Assembly: GCA_037481815.1 (NCBI GenBank)
Contig: JBBFKX010000001.1
Location: 96,001-160,000 of the forward strand
Reading direction: 5' to 3'
DNA length: 64,000 bases
Origin: a candidate division WOR-3 bacterium
GTDB taxonomy: Bacteria; Hydrothermota; 32-111
The notes beneath the pieces were generated by a model. The model worked only from the letters and a program-made list of their open reading frames with translations. It had not been told where the DNA came from and ran no database searches. The translations under genes were made by a program, and so were the position numbers. This document shows positions 17,826 to 27,826 of the stretch, piece after piece (position 1 is the stretch's first letter; each line of letters opens with the position of its first letter).

Positions 17826-19565
17826 ATGAAAAGAAGAAAAGAGAACTATTTTCAAAAGATATTTTTTTACATAAAAAAAGAAAAACTATTTTTCATATTA
17901 GGTTTTATCATCACAATCCTGGTTTCGATTTCAAGGCTGGTAGATCCACTTATCCTTGCGCATATAGTTGATAAAACGATCCCTTCTGGAAGTGTTTCAG
18001 ATCTATTGAAATATTCGCTGTTTTTTGTTGGTGTTATCGTTATTTCGGGTTTTCTAACATACATTCAAAATTTAATCTTTGCCCGACTCGGTTTGAAACT
18101 CATAACATCTTTAAAAATGGATCTTTTTTCACATATGTTAAAATTACCGATCAGTTTTTTTGATACAAGGAAGGTTGGAGAGTTGATCGCAAGGGTTGAG
18201 AGTGATGGCGAAAGGGTAAAGCAACTATTTTCAAGTCAGATGATAATGATCTTTGGGAACATTATATTCTTTATAGGAATGATAACAGTTTTGATGTTAA
18301 AAAACAGTTTTGTTACTTTAATTCTGCTTATTCCATTATCGTTTGTTTTTATTTTTTCGATTTTATTGATCAGATACCTGACCAAATTTTTCAAAAAGAT
18401 CAGAGAACTTTACGCTGAACTTTCTGCACAGTTAACGGAATACATTCAGGGAATGATGGTGATACAACTTTTTAACAAAGAAGAAAAAATAAAAAATATT
18501 GTCGAAAAGAAATCGAAGGAAAAATTTAATGTTGAAACGAAAACATCGTTCATAGAATATTCGTTCTGGAGTTTACAAACATTTTTTGTTGAAACACTTT
18601 TTATCATAATAGTGATTTTACTCATATCGCCGAAAATTTTTTCAGGAATTTTGACTGTTGGAACACTTGTGATATTTATCCAATATGGATTGAGATTGTT
18701 TGAACCGATTATGCAGATCGCAGAAAATTTCAATATGTTTCAAAGGGCTTTTGTTTCACTACAAAGGATTTTTAACATAATAGAAAATCCAACAGAAGAA
18801 TCGTTCTCAGGTCATAAAAAGATATCGAAACTTGAACAGGATATAGTTTTTGAAAATGTTTCTTTTGAATATAAACAGGGTGAACAGGTTTTAAAAAATA
18901 TTTCGTTTAAAATAAAACAGGGTGAAAAAGTTGCTTTCGTTGGACCGTCTGGAAGTGGAAAAACAACGACAGCAAATCTGCTACTTGGATTTTATAAAAA
19001 CTATACAGGTAAAATTTTAATCGATGGGGTTGAATTAAAAGAGTATGACTTAAAATCTTTAAGGGAACTTTTTGCTTATATACCACAGGAAGGAATAATT
19101 TTCCCGGGAGATATTCTTGAGAATGTGAGATTATATGATGAAGAAATTTACGAAGATGTTGTAAAAAAATCATTAAAAGATGTTTATGGAGAGACACTGC
19201 TTAGCGGGGAGTTTGGCATCTACCGAGAGATCAAAGAGAAAGGCAGAAACATTTCGGCAGGTGAAAAACAGTTCATAAATCTTGCAAGAGTTTTAGTGTT
19301 TTCAAAAGCATCGGTTGTGATAATGGATGAAGCGACATCTTCGATAGATGAAATGACTGAAAAAAGGATAATAAGTGCACTCGATAGAATTCTTGAGAAT
19401 AAGACCTCGATCATAATCGCACATAGATTATCAACAGTCATAAATTGTGATAGGATTTTTCTTTTCGATAATGGAAACATAATAGCATCAGGAACACATA
19501 AGCAGTTGCTGGAAAAATCGAAAGAATACCAAAATATTGTGAAGCAACACATTTTAAAGGACTGA
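17826..19565 (+). CDS. ABC exporter, fused permease/ATPase (heterodimer half)
   Basis: 6-TM domain; GPSGSGKT; ISAGEKQ; MDEATS; IAHRLS. Confidence 0.92.
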   Translation: MKRRKENYFQKIFFYIKKEKLFFILGFIITILVSISRLVDPLILAHIVDKTIPSGSVSDLLKYSLFFVGVIVISGFLTYIQNLIFARLGLKLITSLKMDLFSHMLKLPISFFDTRKVGELIARVESDGERVKQLFSSQMIMIFGNIIFFIGMITVLMLKNSFVTLILLIPLSFVFIFSILLIRYLTKFFKKIRELYAELSAQLTEYIQGMMVIQLFNKEEKIKNIVEKKSKEKFNVETKTSFIEYSFWSLQTFFVETLFIIIVILLISPKIFSGILTVGTLVIFIQYGLRLFEPIMQIAENFNMFQRAFVSLQRIFNIIENPTEESFSGHKKISKLEQDIVFENVSFEYKQGEQVLKNISFKIKQGEKVAFVGPSGSGKTTTANLLLGFYKNYTGKILIDGVELKEYDLKSLRELFAYIPQEGIIFPGDILENVRLYDEEIYEDVVKKSLKDVYGETLLSGEFGIYREIKEKGRNISAGEKQFINLARVLVFSKASVVIMDEATSSIDEMTEKRIISALDRILENKTSIIIAHRLSTVINCDRIFLFDNGNIIASGTHKQLLEKSKEYQNIVKQHILKD

Positions 19566-19566
19566 T

Positions 19567-21312
19567 ATGGAACATATTAAATGGGTCTGGCGCGTTTGGA
19601 AAGAGGAGAAAAGGTTTCTATTCCTTCTTTTTTTTATGACTTTGCTTTCAACATTTGTAACAGTATCCTATCCATTTGTTTTTAAAATTCTGTTTGATAA
19701 CCTTAATAAAATTTTGAATTCAAAAATAGAAGTAAAAAATCCGATGGTAGAAATATACAGAATTGTATATTTTCTTCTCGGTGTTGGGATCGTTAGAATT
19801 TTTTCAGGGATGTATCCAACATTGAGAGCGTTTATGAATTACAGATTTGAACATAAACTTAGAATGAAATATTTTTCATATATACTCAAAAAGGACTATT
19901 CGTTTTTCAACAACTTTAGAACAGGAGATCTTGTTACAAGATTGACAGAAGACCTGTCAGATTTTCCAAAGATATGCTGGTTTTTATGTTCGGGAATCTT
20001 TCGAGCACTCGATTCATCTTCAAAAATATTCTTCTGTCTTTTTGTGATGTTTTTCTTGAACTGGAAACTTGCGCTGTTATCAATTCTACCGATACCTTTG
20101 ATGGTTTTAATCTTTTATATGTTAAGCAATAAACTCTATCTTTCGTTCAAAATGAATCAGGAAGCGATAAGTGAGATCAACAATCAACTTGAAATGAGTT
20201 TCTCAGGAATCAAAATAATTAAGTCATACAACAAAGAAAACCAGTACAATAGGTTTTTTGAAAAAGCATTGAATATAAGGATGAGAACCGAAATCGATCT
20301 GATTAAACTCAACTCGTTGATAAATCTTGTTTATGAATATATTGATAGGATCGCCCAGATTGTTGTGATACTTTATGGTGGAATGCTTGTTTTAAAAGGT
20401 GAAATCTCTGTTGGAACTTTTTATGCGTTCTATACTTATCTTTCGATACTTATCTATCCTGTTCTTGACCTCCCACAACTTTTTGTGTCGGGAAAGCAAT
20501 CTTTTGTTAACATCGATCGACTCGAAGAGATAAAGGATTATCCGGTAAAGATCTATAAATCAAACAAAAATTTAAAAATTGATAAAATCGAAAATATTGA
20601 ATTTGAAAATGTTTCGTTTGGATATGATGAGAAGAATCTGATCCTTGAAAACCTTTCGTTTAAGGTCAATAAAGGAGAAAAGATAATAATTGTTGGACAG
20701 GTTGGATCAGGTAAATCAACTCTTTTAAATCTACTCTCTGGCTTCCTTCTCCCAAGGTCTGGAAGGATACTGATAAACGGAATACCTTTTGAGGATATCG
20801 ATTTAAAAAGTTATCGGGAAAAGGTTGGATTTGTTTTGCAGGAGCCATTGTTATTCTCTGGAACATTGAAAGAAAATATTTTGTTTGGGGTTGAAGATTA
20901 TGAGAACGATTATTATGAAAGAGTTTTAAAAATGGTTAATATGAAACAAGAGATAAAAAAGTTTGTTTTAAAGGATGAAACACTGGTAGGGCAGAGGGGA
21001 ACATCGTTAAGTGGTGGGCAAAAGCAGAGAATCTCGATCGCAAGAGCGCTGATGAAAAAACCAGAACTCCTTATTTTTGATGATATCACATCATCACTCG
21101 ATACTGGAAACGAAAAGAGGTTATGGGAATCACTTACAGAATTTTTAAAGGAATCGATAACAATCGTTGTGTCTCATAGATTGGCAACGATCAAATATAT
21201 GGATAAAGTGATATTTTTGAATGATCGAAGAACAAAAGGATGTTGTTTACACGATGAACTTTACAAAAACGATTTAGAGTATAAAATTTTTATAGACAAG
21301 GAAAGAGATTGA
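19567..21312 (+). CDS. ABC exporter, fused permease/ATPase (degenerate half)
   Basis: GQVGSGKS; LSGGQKQR; degenerate Walker B FDD; SHRL. Confidence 0.92.
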   Translation: MEHIKWVWRVWKEEKRFLFLLFFMTLLSTFVTVSYPFVFKILFDNLNKILNSKIEVKNPMVEIYRIVYFLLGVGIVRIFSGMYPTLRAFMNYRFEHKLRMKYFSYILKKDYSFFNNFRTGDLVTRLTEDLSDFPKICWFLCSGIFRALDSSSKIFFCLFVMFFLNWKLALLSILPIPLMVLIFYMLSNKLYLSFKMNQEAISEINNQLEMSFSGIKIIKSYNKENQYNRFFEKALNIRMRTEIDLIKLNSLINLVYEYIDRIAQIVVILYGGMLVLKGEISVGTFYAFYTYLSILIYPVLDLPQLFVSGKQSFVNIDRLEEIKDYPVKIYKSNKNLKIDKIENIEFENVSFGYDEKNLILENLSFKVNKGEKIIIVGQVGSGKSTLLNLLSGFLLPRSGRILINGIPFEDIDLKSYREKVGFVLQEPLLFSGTLKENILFGVEDYENDYYERVLKMVNMKQEIKKFVLKDETLVGQRGTSLSGGQKQRISIARALMKKPELLIFDDITSSLDTGNEKRLWESLTEFLKESITIVVSHRLATIKYMDKVIFLNDRRTKGCCLHDELYKNDLEYKIFIDKERD

Positions 21313-21668
21313 AAAAAGGGGGAATAATTTTTTTTAAAACAAAAAATCTTGAAGAAATAAAAAAATTTTATATAGAAAATTTTAAAATGGAAGTTTTTAT
21401 CGATCAAAAAAAGTGTGTGATTTTGAAATATGAAAATCTTTTGCTTGGTTTCTGTGATTCTGATGAGGTCGAAAATTCTGGGGTGATAACATTCTTTTTC
21501 GAAACGAAAAACGATGTTGAAAAAATGTATGAAAAATTAAAAGATTATGTTTCAGTTGAGTTGAAAACGAACACATACTTTAAGATATACCATTTTTACA
21601 TCAAAGATCCTGAAGGTAGAAGTGTTGAGATACAACATTTTCTCGAAAAAGATTCTGATATTTGCTGA
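21309..21668 (+). CDS. VOC/glyoxalase family protein
   Basis: FFKTKNLEEIKKFY and FYIKDPEGRSVEIQ motifs; TTG start. Confidence 0.85.
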   Translation: MKKGGIIFFKTKNLEEIKKFYIENFKMEVFIDQKKCVILKYENLLLGFCDSDEVENSGVITFFFETKNDVEKMYEKLKDYVSVELKTNTYFKIYHFYIKDPEGRSVEIQHFLEKDSDIC

Positions 21669-21670
21669 TT

Positions 21671-22789
21671 ATGAAAAAAGATTTAGATATCATTTATATT
21701 GAAACATTGAGAGCAAGGGCACAGGTTTACAATTTGCTCGGGAAAACTGATCGAGCACTCAAAGATATTAAAATCGGAGAAAAAATCGCAGAAAAAAAGA
21801 ATCTTATGAGTAATCTTGCAAAACTCTATATGGAGAGAGTTGTTTCCTATGAGATTTTAAACGATTTTGATAATATGATGGTTTATGCGAAAAAGTCATC
21901 TGAACTTTTTAAATCAATAGGTGATTTAACGGGGTATGCAAACAGTTTGAATTCCTATGCGATGTCACTCGGGAGTAAAGGTGAGTATGACAAAGAACTT
22001 GAAATCCTGCAGGAGTGTTATTCTATTCTTGTAAAACAGTATCAAATAAGTGAGAATCAAGAAAAAAGCAGAGCAGGGTCCGCTTTTGGATTCGTTTTGA
22101 ATAATCTTGGTTTTGTTTACAAGGTAAAAGGTGATAATGAAAAATCTTTGAATTTTTATTTCGAATCTCTGAAAGTGAGAACAGAGATAGAGGATAAGTT
22201 AGCACAGGCACAATCTTTGAACAATATAGGAATGATCTACGCAAGGAATAAAGATTATGATAACGGAATTTTATATCTTGAGAAAGCAAAGGATCTTTTG
22301 AAAAAGATCGGTGAAAAAAAGATGTTATCATCAATAGTTTATAACCTTGGACACATTTATCTTTTTAAAAATGATTTTGAAAGAAGTTTAGAACTTTTTT
22401 TTGAATCGCTTCCGATTAAACGGGAAATTTTTGATCATTCAACCGAGGTTTTAAATCTTGCTTCTATAGGAGTTGTTTATGGAAAAAAAGGAGATTATGA
22501 AAAATCGATCAAATATTTAAAAGATGCGATCAGGTTAAGGATCAAAATAAATTTTTATCAGAATATCGATAAAAACTTTGTTTCACTTTTTGAAAGTTTT
22601 AAAGAAATAAATAGAATGAAAGAGTCATTTAGATATTTTTTAAGATTATTTGAAAAATTTCTAAGAAAAGAAAATAAAGAAATCGCAAAAATATTGTATG
22701 AAATGATTTTAAAACACAAAGATGAAAAAGATCTAACAGAAAAAGTTATCTCGTTTGAGCAAAAGTATAAAAATATTTTCTCTCAATAA
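21671..22789 (+). CDS. Tetratricopeptide repeat protein, paralog of 13707..15095
   Basis: LNNLG/LNNIG/YNLG TPR units; N-terminus aligns with that of the 13707..15095 protein. Confidence 0.88.
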   Translation: MKKDLDIIYIETLRARAQVYNLLGKTDRALKDIKIGEKIAEKKNLMSNLAKLYMERVVSYEILNDFDNMMVYAKKSSELFKSIGDLTGYANSLNSYAMSLGSKGEYDKELEILQECYSILVKQYQISENQEKSRAGSAFGFVLNNLGFVYKVKGDNEKSLNFYFESLKVRTEIEDKLAQAQSLNNIGMIYARNKDYDNGILYLEKAKDLLKKIGEKKMLSSIVYNLGHIYLFKNDFERSLELFFESLPIKREIFDHSTEVLNLASIGVVYGKKGDYEKSIKYLKDAIRLRIKINFYQNIDKNFVSLFESFKEINRMKESFRYFLRLFEKFLRKENKEIAKILYEMILKHKDEKDLTEKVISFEQKYKNIFSQ

Positions 22790-23364
22790 AATTTCATACT
22801 TCCAAGAATCTTATCAAGTATTTTTTGTTGATCTGTTGAAATAAATTCATTTTCAACTATATAGGTTATTACAATATCGTTTGCAAAATATATCAAGGAT
22901 TTTGTATATGTTGTGTAAATCTCATCCTCGTATTCATAATCATAACCAAGCAAAAAATCAAAATAGTAAAAACTTTTTCCATTGATCGTTTTTATCGATT
23001 TTTTCACATCATCGATAAAATATCCCTGATTTTCAAAAGATGTTGCGAACTCATATTCAATAAAAGACTGGATCGAATCAATCTCTTGAGCGGTTGATTT
23101 TGAAGGATCTTTTGTAAAATCGTTTAAAACACCTTTTCCAATGAAGAACCAGAACTTATCACTTCCAGAACTTTCTTTTTCTGGTGTCCATATCTTTTGT
23201 ATCAGTTTATCGTTTGTGGCTTCTTCGAATTTCCAGTTCTTTGGAACTGTTACTGACATTTTTAAATCTTTTAAATCATAGGTCTTGTAGGTTATTGTTG
23301 TTTCCGAGGAGATAAAAAGAGAAATTGTGAACACAAAAAGTAAAAAAAGAGTATATTTTTTCAA
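22783..23364 (-). CDS. Hypothetical exported protein
   Basis: AAGGAGG SD before TTG 23364; signal peptide; ends ILGSMKFY (PsbP/DcrB-like ending). Confidence 0.65.
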   Translation of the reverse strand: MKKYTLFLLFVFTISLFISSETTITYKTYDLKDLKMSVTVPKNWKFEEATNDKLIQKIWTPEKESSGSDKFWFFIGKGVLNDFTKDPSKSTAQEIDSIQSFIEYEFATSFENQGYFIDDVKKSIKTINGKSFYYFDFLLGYDYEYEDEIYTTYTKSLIYFANDIVITYIVENEFISTDQQKILDKILGSMKFY

Positions 23365-23424
23365 GAGCCCTCCTTTTTTAAAACTTAACAGATCGAAACA
23401 AAAAGTCAACAAAAATTTTTACTA

Positions 23425-23452
23425 TTGACAACCAGTAAAGTTTTAATATAAT
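23425..23452 (+). promoter_or_regulatory. sigma70 promoter of tRNA-Asn
   Basis: TTGACA-16nt-TATAAT. Confidence 0.8.
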
Positions 23453-23484
23453 AAATTTCAAAAATTGGTATTTACATTTGGCAT

Positions 23485-23560
23485 TCCTCGGTAGCTCAGT
23501 CGGTAGAGCGAGTGGCTGTTAACCACCAGGTCGGGGGTTCGAGTCCCTCCCGGGGAGCCA
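23485..23560 (+). tRNA. tRNA-Asn(GTT)
   Basis: 76 nt; acceptor TCCTCGG/CCGGGGA; D arm GCTC/GAGC; anticodon loop CTGTTAA; T loop GGTTCGAGTCC; encoded CCA. Confidence 0.97.
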
Positions 23561-23626
23561 AGTTTAAAAATTTTACTCATTACCTTTTACCTTGATTTCC
23601 TCTCATTTCTTACTATCATTTAAAAT

Positions 23627-24517
23627 ATGAAAAATTTTTTTAATTATATTTTTATCACTTGGAAAATTTCGGATGAAATTGTTACTGATAATAAAAAAAG
23701 AAAAAAATTAAAATATGTAGTTTTATTTGTTTCATTTTTGCTGGTTATTCTGCTTGGGATCATCGATCACAAAACCGGATTTGAAGTATCTTTCTCAATT
23801 TTCTATTTGATCCCTATATCCCTTTCAATTCTTTTTGGTGGTTTTTATGGTGGTTTCATTATTTCGGTGTTTTCAGCTGTAGTATGAGCTCTGGCTGATG
23901 TGTACAGTGGACACCAATATAAAAATTTTATGATTCCAATATGGAATGCTATAATGCGTTTTGGATATTTTTCTCTCCATTCATTTTTTATGTCCCGTTT
24001 TCTTGAAATGTATAAAAAGGTAAAAAAAGAATCGTTGACTGATTCATTAACTGGTACTACAAACAGCAGATTTTTTTACATTCTGTTTGAACAAGAACTT
24101 CTGAAGGCGAAAAGGAACAAAAAACCTTTTACACTCGCTTATATAGATCTTGATAACTTTAAATCTATGAACGATACTTTCGGACATCTTGCAGGTGATT
24201 CGCTTCTTATAAAAATTGCACAAACAATAAAGAAAAATATCAGGGAAACAGATATATTCGCAAGAATTGCTGGTGATGAATTTGTATTACTTTTACCAGA
24301 AACTGATTATAACCTCTCAGATAATATTTTAAAAAGATTAAAGGATGTTGTTGTGCTTGAAGTTAAAAAGAACAATTATCCTGTTACATTGAGTATTGGT
24401 GCTATAACTTTCAATAGGTTTGATTATGAGATAAATGAAATGATCAAACAAACAGATGATTTAATGTATAAAATTAAAAGGGAAGGAAAAAATAACATTG
24501 AACATTCATCAATGTAA
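23627..24517 (+). pseudogene. Membrane-anchored GGDEF (diguanylate cyclase-like) gene interrupted by an in-frame TGA at 23885-23887
   Basis: ORFs 23627..23887 and 23900..24517 are in the same frame (GTA GTA TGA GCT CTG GCT GAT GTG). DSLTG, DLDNFK.MND.FGH.AGD, AGDEF motifs. Confidence 0.75.
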
Positions 24518-24522
24518 AATAA

Positions 24523-25719
24523 TCACTCACTCAAAATATATCCAATCCCTATTGAAAACAGTACTCCGTCTTTTGTTGTTTTACCAGGTATATAACCCTG
24601 TGTTTTATAACCTATCTGTGCTTCTATGTTCCATTTTTCTTTTATGCGATATGACAGATCTGTTGAAACAAGAAAACCTTTTCCATAATATTCCTGTGTC
24701 CAGAAGTCAGAGGTTAAGCCGAAAGATAAATTTTTGAATTTTAAAACTTCTGGAATCGCAAGACCTATTCCATTATTTTTGAAGGGTAAACCGTATCTGA
24801 AATAAAGATTCATAAAACGATTGTAAACTTTTAGATAACTGTTAAAATAAAGTTCAACACCAAGTGGTGATGTATTGAAAAATGTTCCATAAGACCATAA
24901 AAAGTTTTTGTTTCCAATATAAAAAGGTCTTTTGCCTTTGAGTTCGTCTCCAAAGTATGATAAAACCTGTTGATAAAGATTTATATCCAAAAGATTCCAT
25001 AAGATTGAAAGGTATGCTGCATTGTTATAAAATTTTACAAGTCCTTCATTAACCGAACTATCGGGATTAAAAATATTTCTTCCATTCATCTCCCACACAA
25101 GTTTTGTAAAGTTAACAGGATCACCACCTGAATTTATCCATGTTTGTTTATCTTCTGGATTCTGTTTTGCTATAAGAAAAGCATAAAAAGGATACATTAT
25201 TCTGTTTCCAAAAGACATACTGTATTCATCGTTATATAAACCATCATATCTGTAAAAATCGAATTGAACATTTTTTGTTGTAAGATAGTTTGCTTCAAAG
25301 CCCCCGATAAGCGCAAGAGTGTGATCCTCTAATGTAGCATTTGATGGTAGATCCATGTCTCCGACAACACCGGGAAACTGAAATCTAACAAATGAAAAAT
25401 TACCGCCGACCTGTTCTGCTCTTAAATAATGGCCAAACTCGTGTGGCCATAACATCGAAAACCATCTTGATGTGAAACTGAATGTAAAACCAAGAACTCC
25501 TTTAATAAAACCATTTTCGATTTTTGACGAAATTCCTCGATAGTATATATCACTGAAAATTTTTAGACCTGTTCGAAAATTTTCGGATGAATTCATTATA
25601 TCGTATTTGTTGGCATAAAGGAAAATATAATCTCTATGGTAAAGATCTGAATTCATATTTTCCTGTGAAAAAATCTTTAAAGATAAAAAAAGGACAAATA
25701 ATAAAAAGATTTTTCTCAT
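24523..25719 (-). CDS. Hypothetical exported/outer-membrane protein with HExxH motif
   Basis: Signal peptide; PHEFGH; C-terminal amphipathic beta strands ending IGIGY. Confidence 0.65.
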   Translation of the reverse strand: MRKIFLLFVLFLSLKIFSQENMNSDLYHRDYIFLYANKYDIMNSSENFRTGLKIFSDIYYRGISSKIENGFIKGVLGFTFSFTSRWFSMLWPHEFGHYLRAEQVGGNFSFVRFQFPGVVGDMDLPSNATLEDHTLALIGGFEANYLTTKNVQFDFYRYDGLYNDEYSMSFGNRIMYPFYAFLIAKQNPEDKQTWINSGGDPVNFTKLVWEMNGRNIFNPDSSVNEGLVKFYNNAAYLSILWNLLDINLYQQVLSYFGDELKGKRPFYIGNKNFLWSYGTFFNTSPLGVELYFNSYLKVYNRFMNLYFRYGLPFKNNGIGLAIPEVLKFKNLSFGLTSDFWTQEYYGKGFLVSTDLSYRIKEKWNIEAQIGYKTQGYIPGKTTKDGVLFSIGIGYILSE

Positions 25720-25856
25720 TCCATCTCCTGTTTACGACTAATATTATTTAAAAATAAATAAAAAAAAAGTCAATGGTTTTCAAAATTCTTTCACTTATAA
25801 AAATAGTTGACTTGGATTGAATAAACGATAATATAAATTCTAAATCAGGAGTCGGT

Positions 25857-27059
25857 TTGGAACATATTTTTATAATCGCGTCGATATGGCTTGGACTTGC
25901 TGTAATTTCAGCCATCATCGCATACCATTTAAAAATATCTATAGCACTTGTTGAAATCTGTGTTGGAATTTTCGCAGCTTTTCTTTCAGATAAATTTTTT
26001 GGAACCGAACTTGTAGGCAACAATCAGGAATGGTTAAAGTTCCTTGCATCAGCGGGTTCAATATTTTTAACTTTTCTTGCAGGTGCTGAACTTGATCCAA
26101 AAGTTATAAAGGTAAAATTGAAAGAGGTATTTCTTGTTGGATTTATTGGCTTTTTTGCTCCATTTATTGGTGCATCATTGATTTCATATTTTTTATTAAA
26201 ATGGGATATAAGGGCGAGTTTACTTTCTGGAATCGCTTTATCAACAACTTCAATGGCTGTTGTTTATTCTGTTATGCTTGAAACGGGACTCAACAAAACT
26301 GAGTATGGGAAAGGAATTTTGGGCGCTTGTTTTATCAACGATCTTGGGACTGTTATAGCACTCGGACTGATTTTTTCACCTTTCTCAATTAAAACATTAG
26401 TTTTTGTAATATTAACTGTTATTGTATTAATATTGTTTCCAATAATTACACAATTTATTACGAAAATTTATGGGAACAGAACAGCTGCTATAAGGATCAA
26501 ATGGGTCTCATTTGTGCTTTTTGCAATGAGTGCTTTTGCAATCTGGTCAGGTAGTGAAGCAGTTTTTCCAGCATACCTTCTTGGAATGGCACTCGCTGAG
26601 TTCGCAACAAAAAACAACATCTGGGTTAGAAGAGTGAGAAGTTTAACTGTTGGATTTTTAACACCATTCTATTTTATTCGTGCTGGGTCACTTGTTGGTA
26701 TTTCATCTTTAGTCTCTGCACCATTTGTGTTTTTAATTCTATTCCTGAGTAAGGTAATTTCAAAAATTTTTGGGTTATTTCCTGTAATAAGCATTTTTAG
26801 AAGTGATCAGAAAGAAAGATGGTATTACACACTGTTGATGTCAACAGGTTTAACTTTTGGAACGATTTCTGCTCTCTTTGGATACTCTCATAATATCATC
26901 AACAAAGAGCAGTACTCATTGCTTGTCATAACTGTTATTGCGAGTGCTGTGATACCAACAATGATTGCAAACTTCTATTTTCTTCCAAAACATCTGATCA
27001 AAAAAGAGAAAGAGAGTGTGAATGTGTATGCGAAATTGGAAGATATAAATGAAGAGTAA
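25857..27059 (+). CDS. Cation:proton antiporter (CPA2 family)
   Basis: FLAGAELD, LSTTS, FIND motifs; about 12 TM; TTG start with AGGAG. Confidence 0.9.
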   Translation: MEHIFIIASIWLGLAVISAIIAYHLKISIALVEICVGIFAAFLSDKFFGTELVGNNQEWLKFLASAGSIFLTFLAGAELDPKVIKVKLKEVFLVGFIGFFAPFIGASLISYFLLKWDIRASLLSGIALSTTSMAVVYSVMLETGLNKTEYGKGILGACFINDLGTVIALGLIFSPFSIKTLVFVILTVIVLILFPIITQFITKIYGNRTAAIRIKWVSFVLFAMSAFAIWSGSEAVFPAYLLGMALAEFATKNNIWVRRVRSLTVGFLTPFYFIRAGSLVGISSLVSAPFVFLILFLSKVISKIFGLFPVISIFRSDQKERWYYTLLMSTGLTFGTISALFGYSHNIINKEQYSLLVITVIASAVIPTMIANFYFLPKHLIKKEKESVNVYAKLEDINEE

Positions 27060-27441
27060 AAGTTTTTTGATCAAAATATCATTTTTAATAGGAGGGATTT
27101 TATTATTCGTGATTGGAATATCGATTGCAAGATTTGGTGTTCTGATTGCAGAGATTTTTATTTTTTCAGGAATTCTGATAATAATTGTTGGAATAATTTC
27201 AGGATTTTGGCAGGATCGAAAGAAAAAAAGAAAGAGAAGAAAATTTTTTGAAGTTGATGGAGTTGATCTTTTATTTTTAGGTTTTATTCTTTTTCTTGTT
27301 TCTATTGGGCTCGTAAATCTTTCTTTTCGCAAGAATCCATTTACTTTGATTATCTATTTGATTGGATACTTAGGTATCTTCTTGATCGTTTTTGGGGTTT
27401 TCAAGATTGTTTATAGAATTGTAAAAAGATTTAGGAAATGA
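27049..27441 (+). CDS. Hypothetical membrane protein (4 TM)
   Basis: Hydrophobic segments with a basic loop; overlaps the antiporter stop. Confidence 0.6.
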   Translation: MKSKSFLIKISFLIGGILLFVIGISIARFGVLIAEIFIFSGILIIIVGIISGFWQDRKKKRKRRKFFEVDGVDLLFLGFILFLVSIGLVNLSFRKNPFTLIIYLIGYLGIFLIVFGVFKIVYRIVKRFRK

Positions 27442-27826
27442 CCTTTGAGTTTTTTCTTACCAATAATTTTTTAAATAAAACAATCACTCCAAATAGTTTT
27501 TTGTTGACTTTGTAGAAAATAGGGTTTAAAATTTATAAAAAATGATAGTTGTTTGTAATCAGTTAAAAAAGACCTTCCAATTTTTCACATTTTTGAAAAG
27601 ATGGTTGAATGAAAAATCTCACTCTTAAAAGATTTTTTCTTAATCTTTATTGGAGAAAAAATTAGAAATCGAAAAAAATTCCCGATAAAAATTTCCCCCT
27701 GTCATTTTAAGAGTATGGGAATATATCAAAAATTCAAATAGGAGGTTCTGGAAAATATTTATGAAAGTGTGTTTAGAAAATCATTTTAAAAAGATCATTT
27801 TAATGATCAGGTAAAAAGGAGAAAAG

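Noticed and set aside
23485..23560. tRNA-Asn as prophage/island attachment site
   Set aside because: No integrase and no duplicated tRNA 3' end noticed in the window.
23885..23887. Genome-wide TGA recoding or selenocysteine
   Set aside because: TGA ends many clear genes here (sigma, porV-like, lptB), Trp is TGG elsewhere, the expected residue is Trp rather than Cys, and there is no convincing SECIS hairpin.
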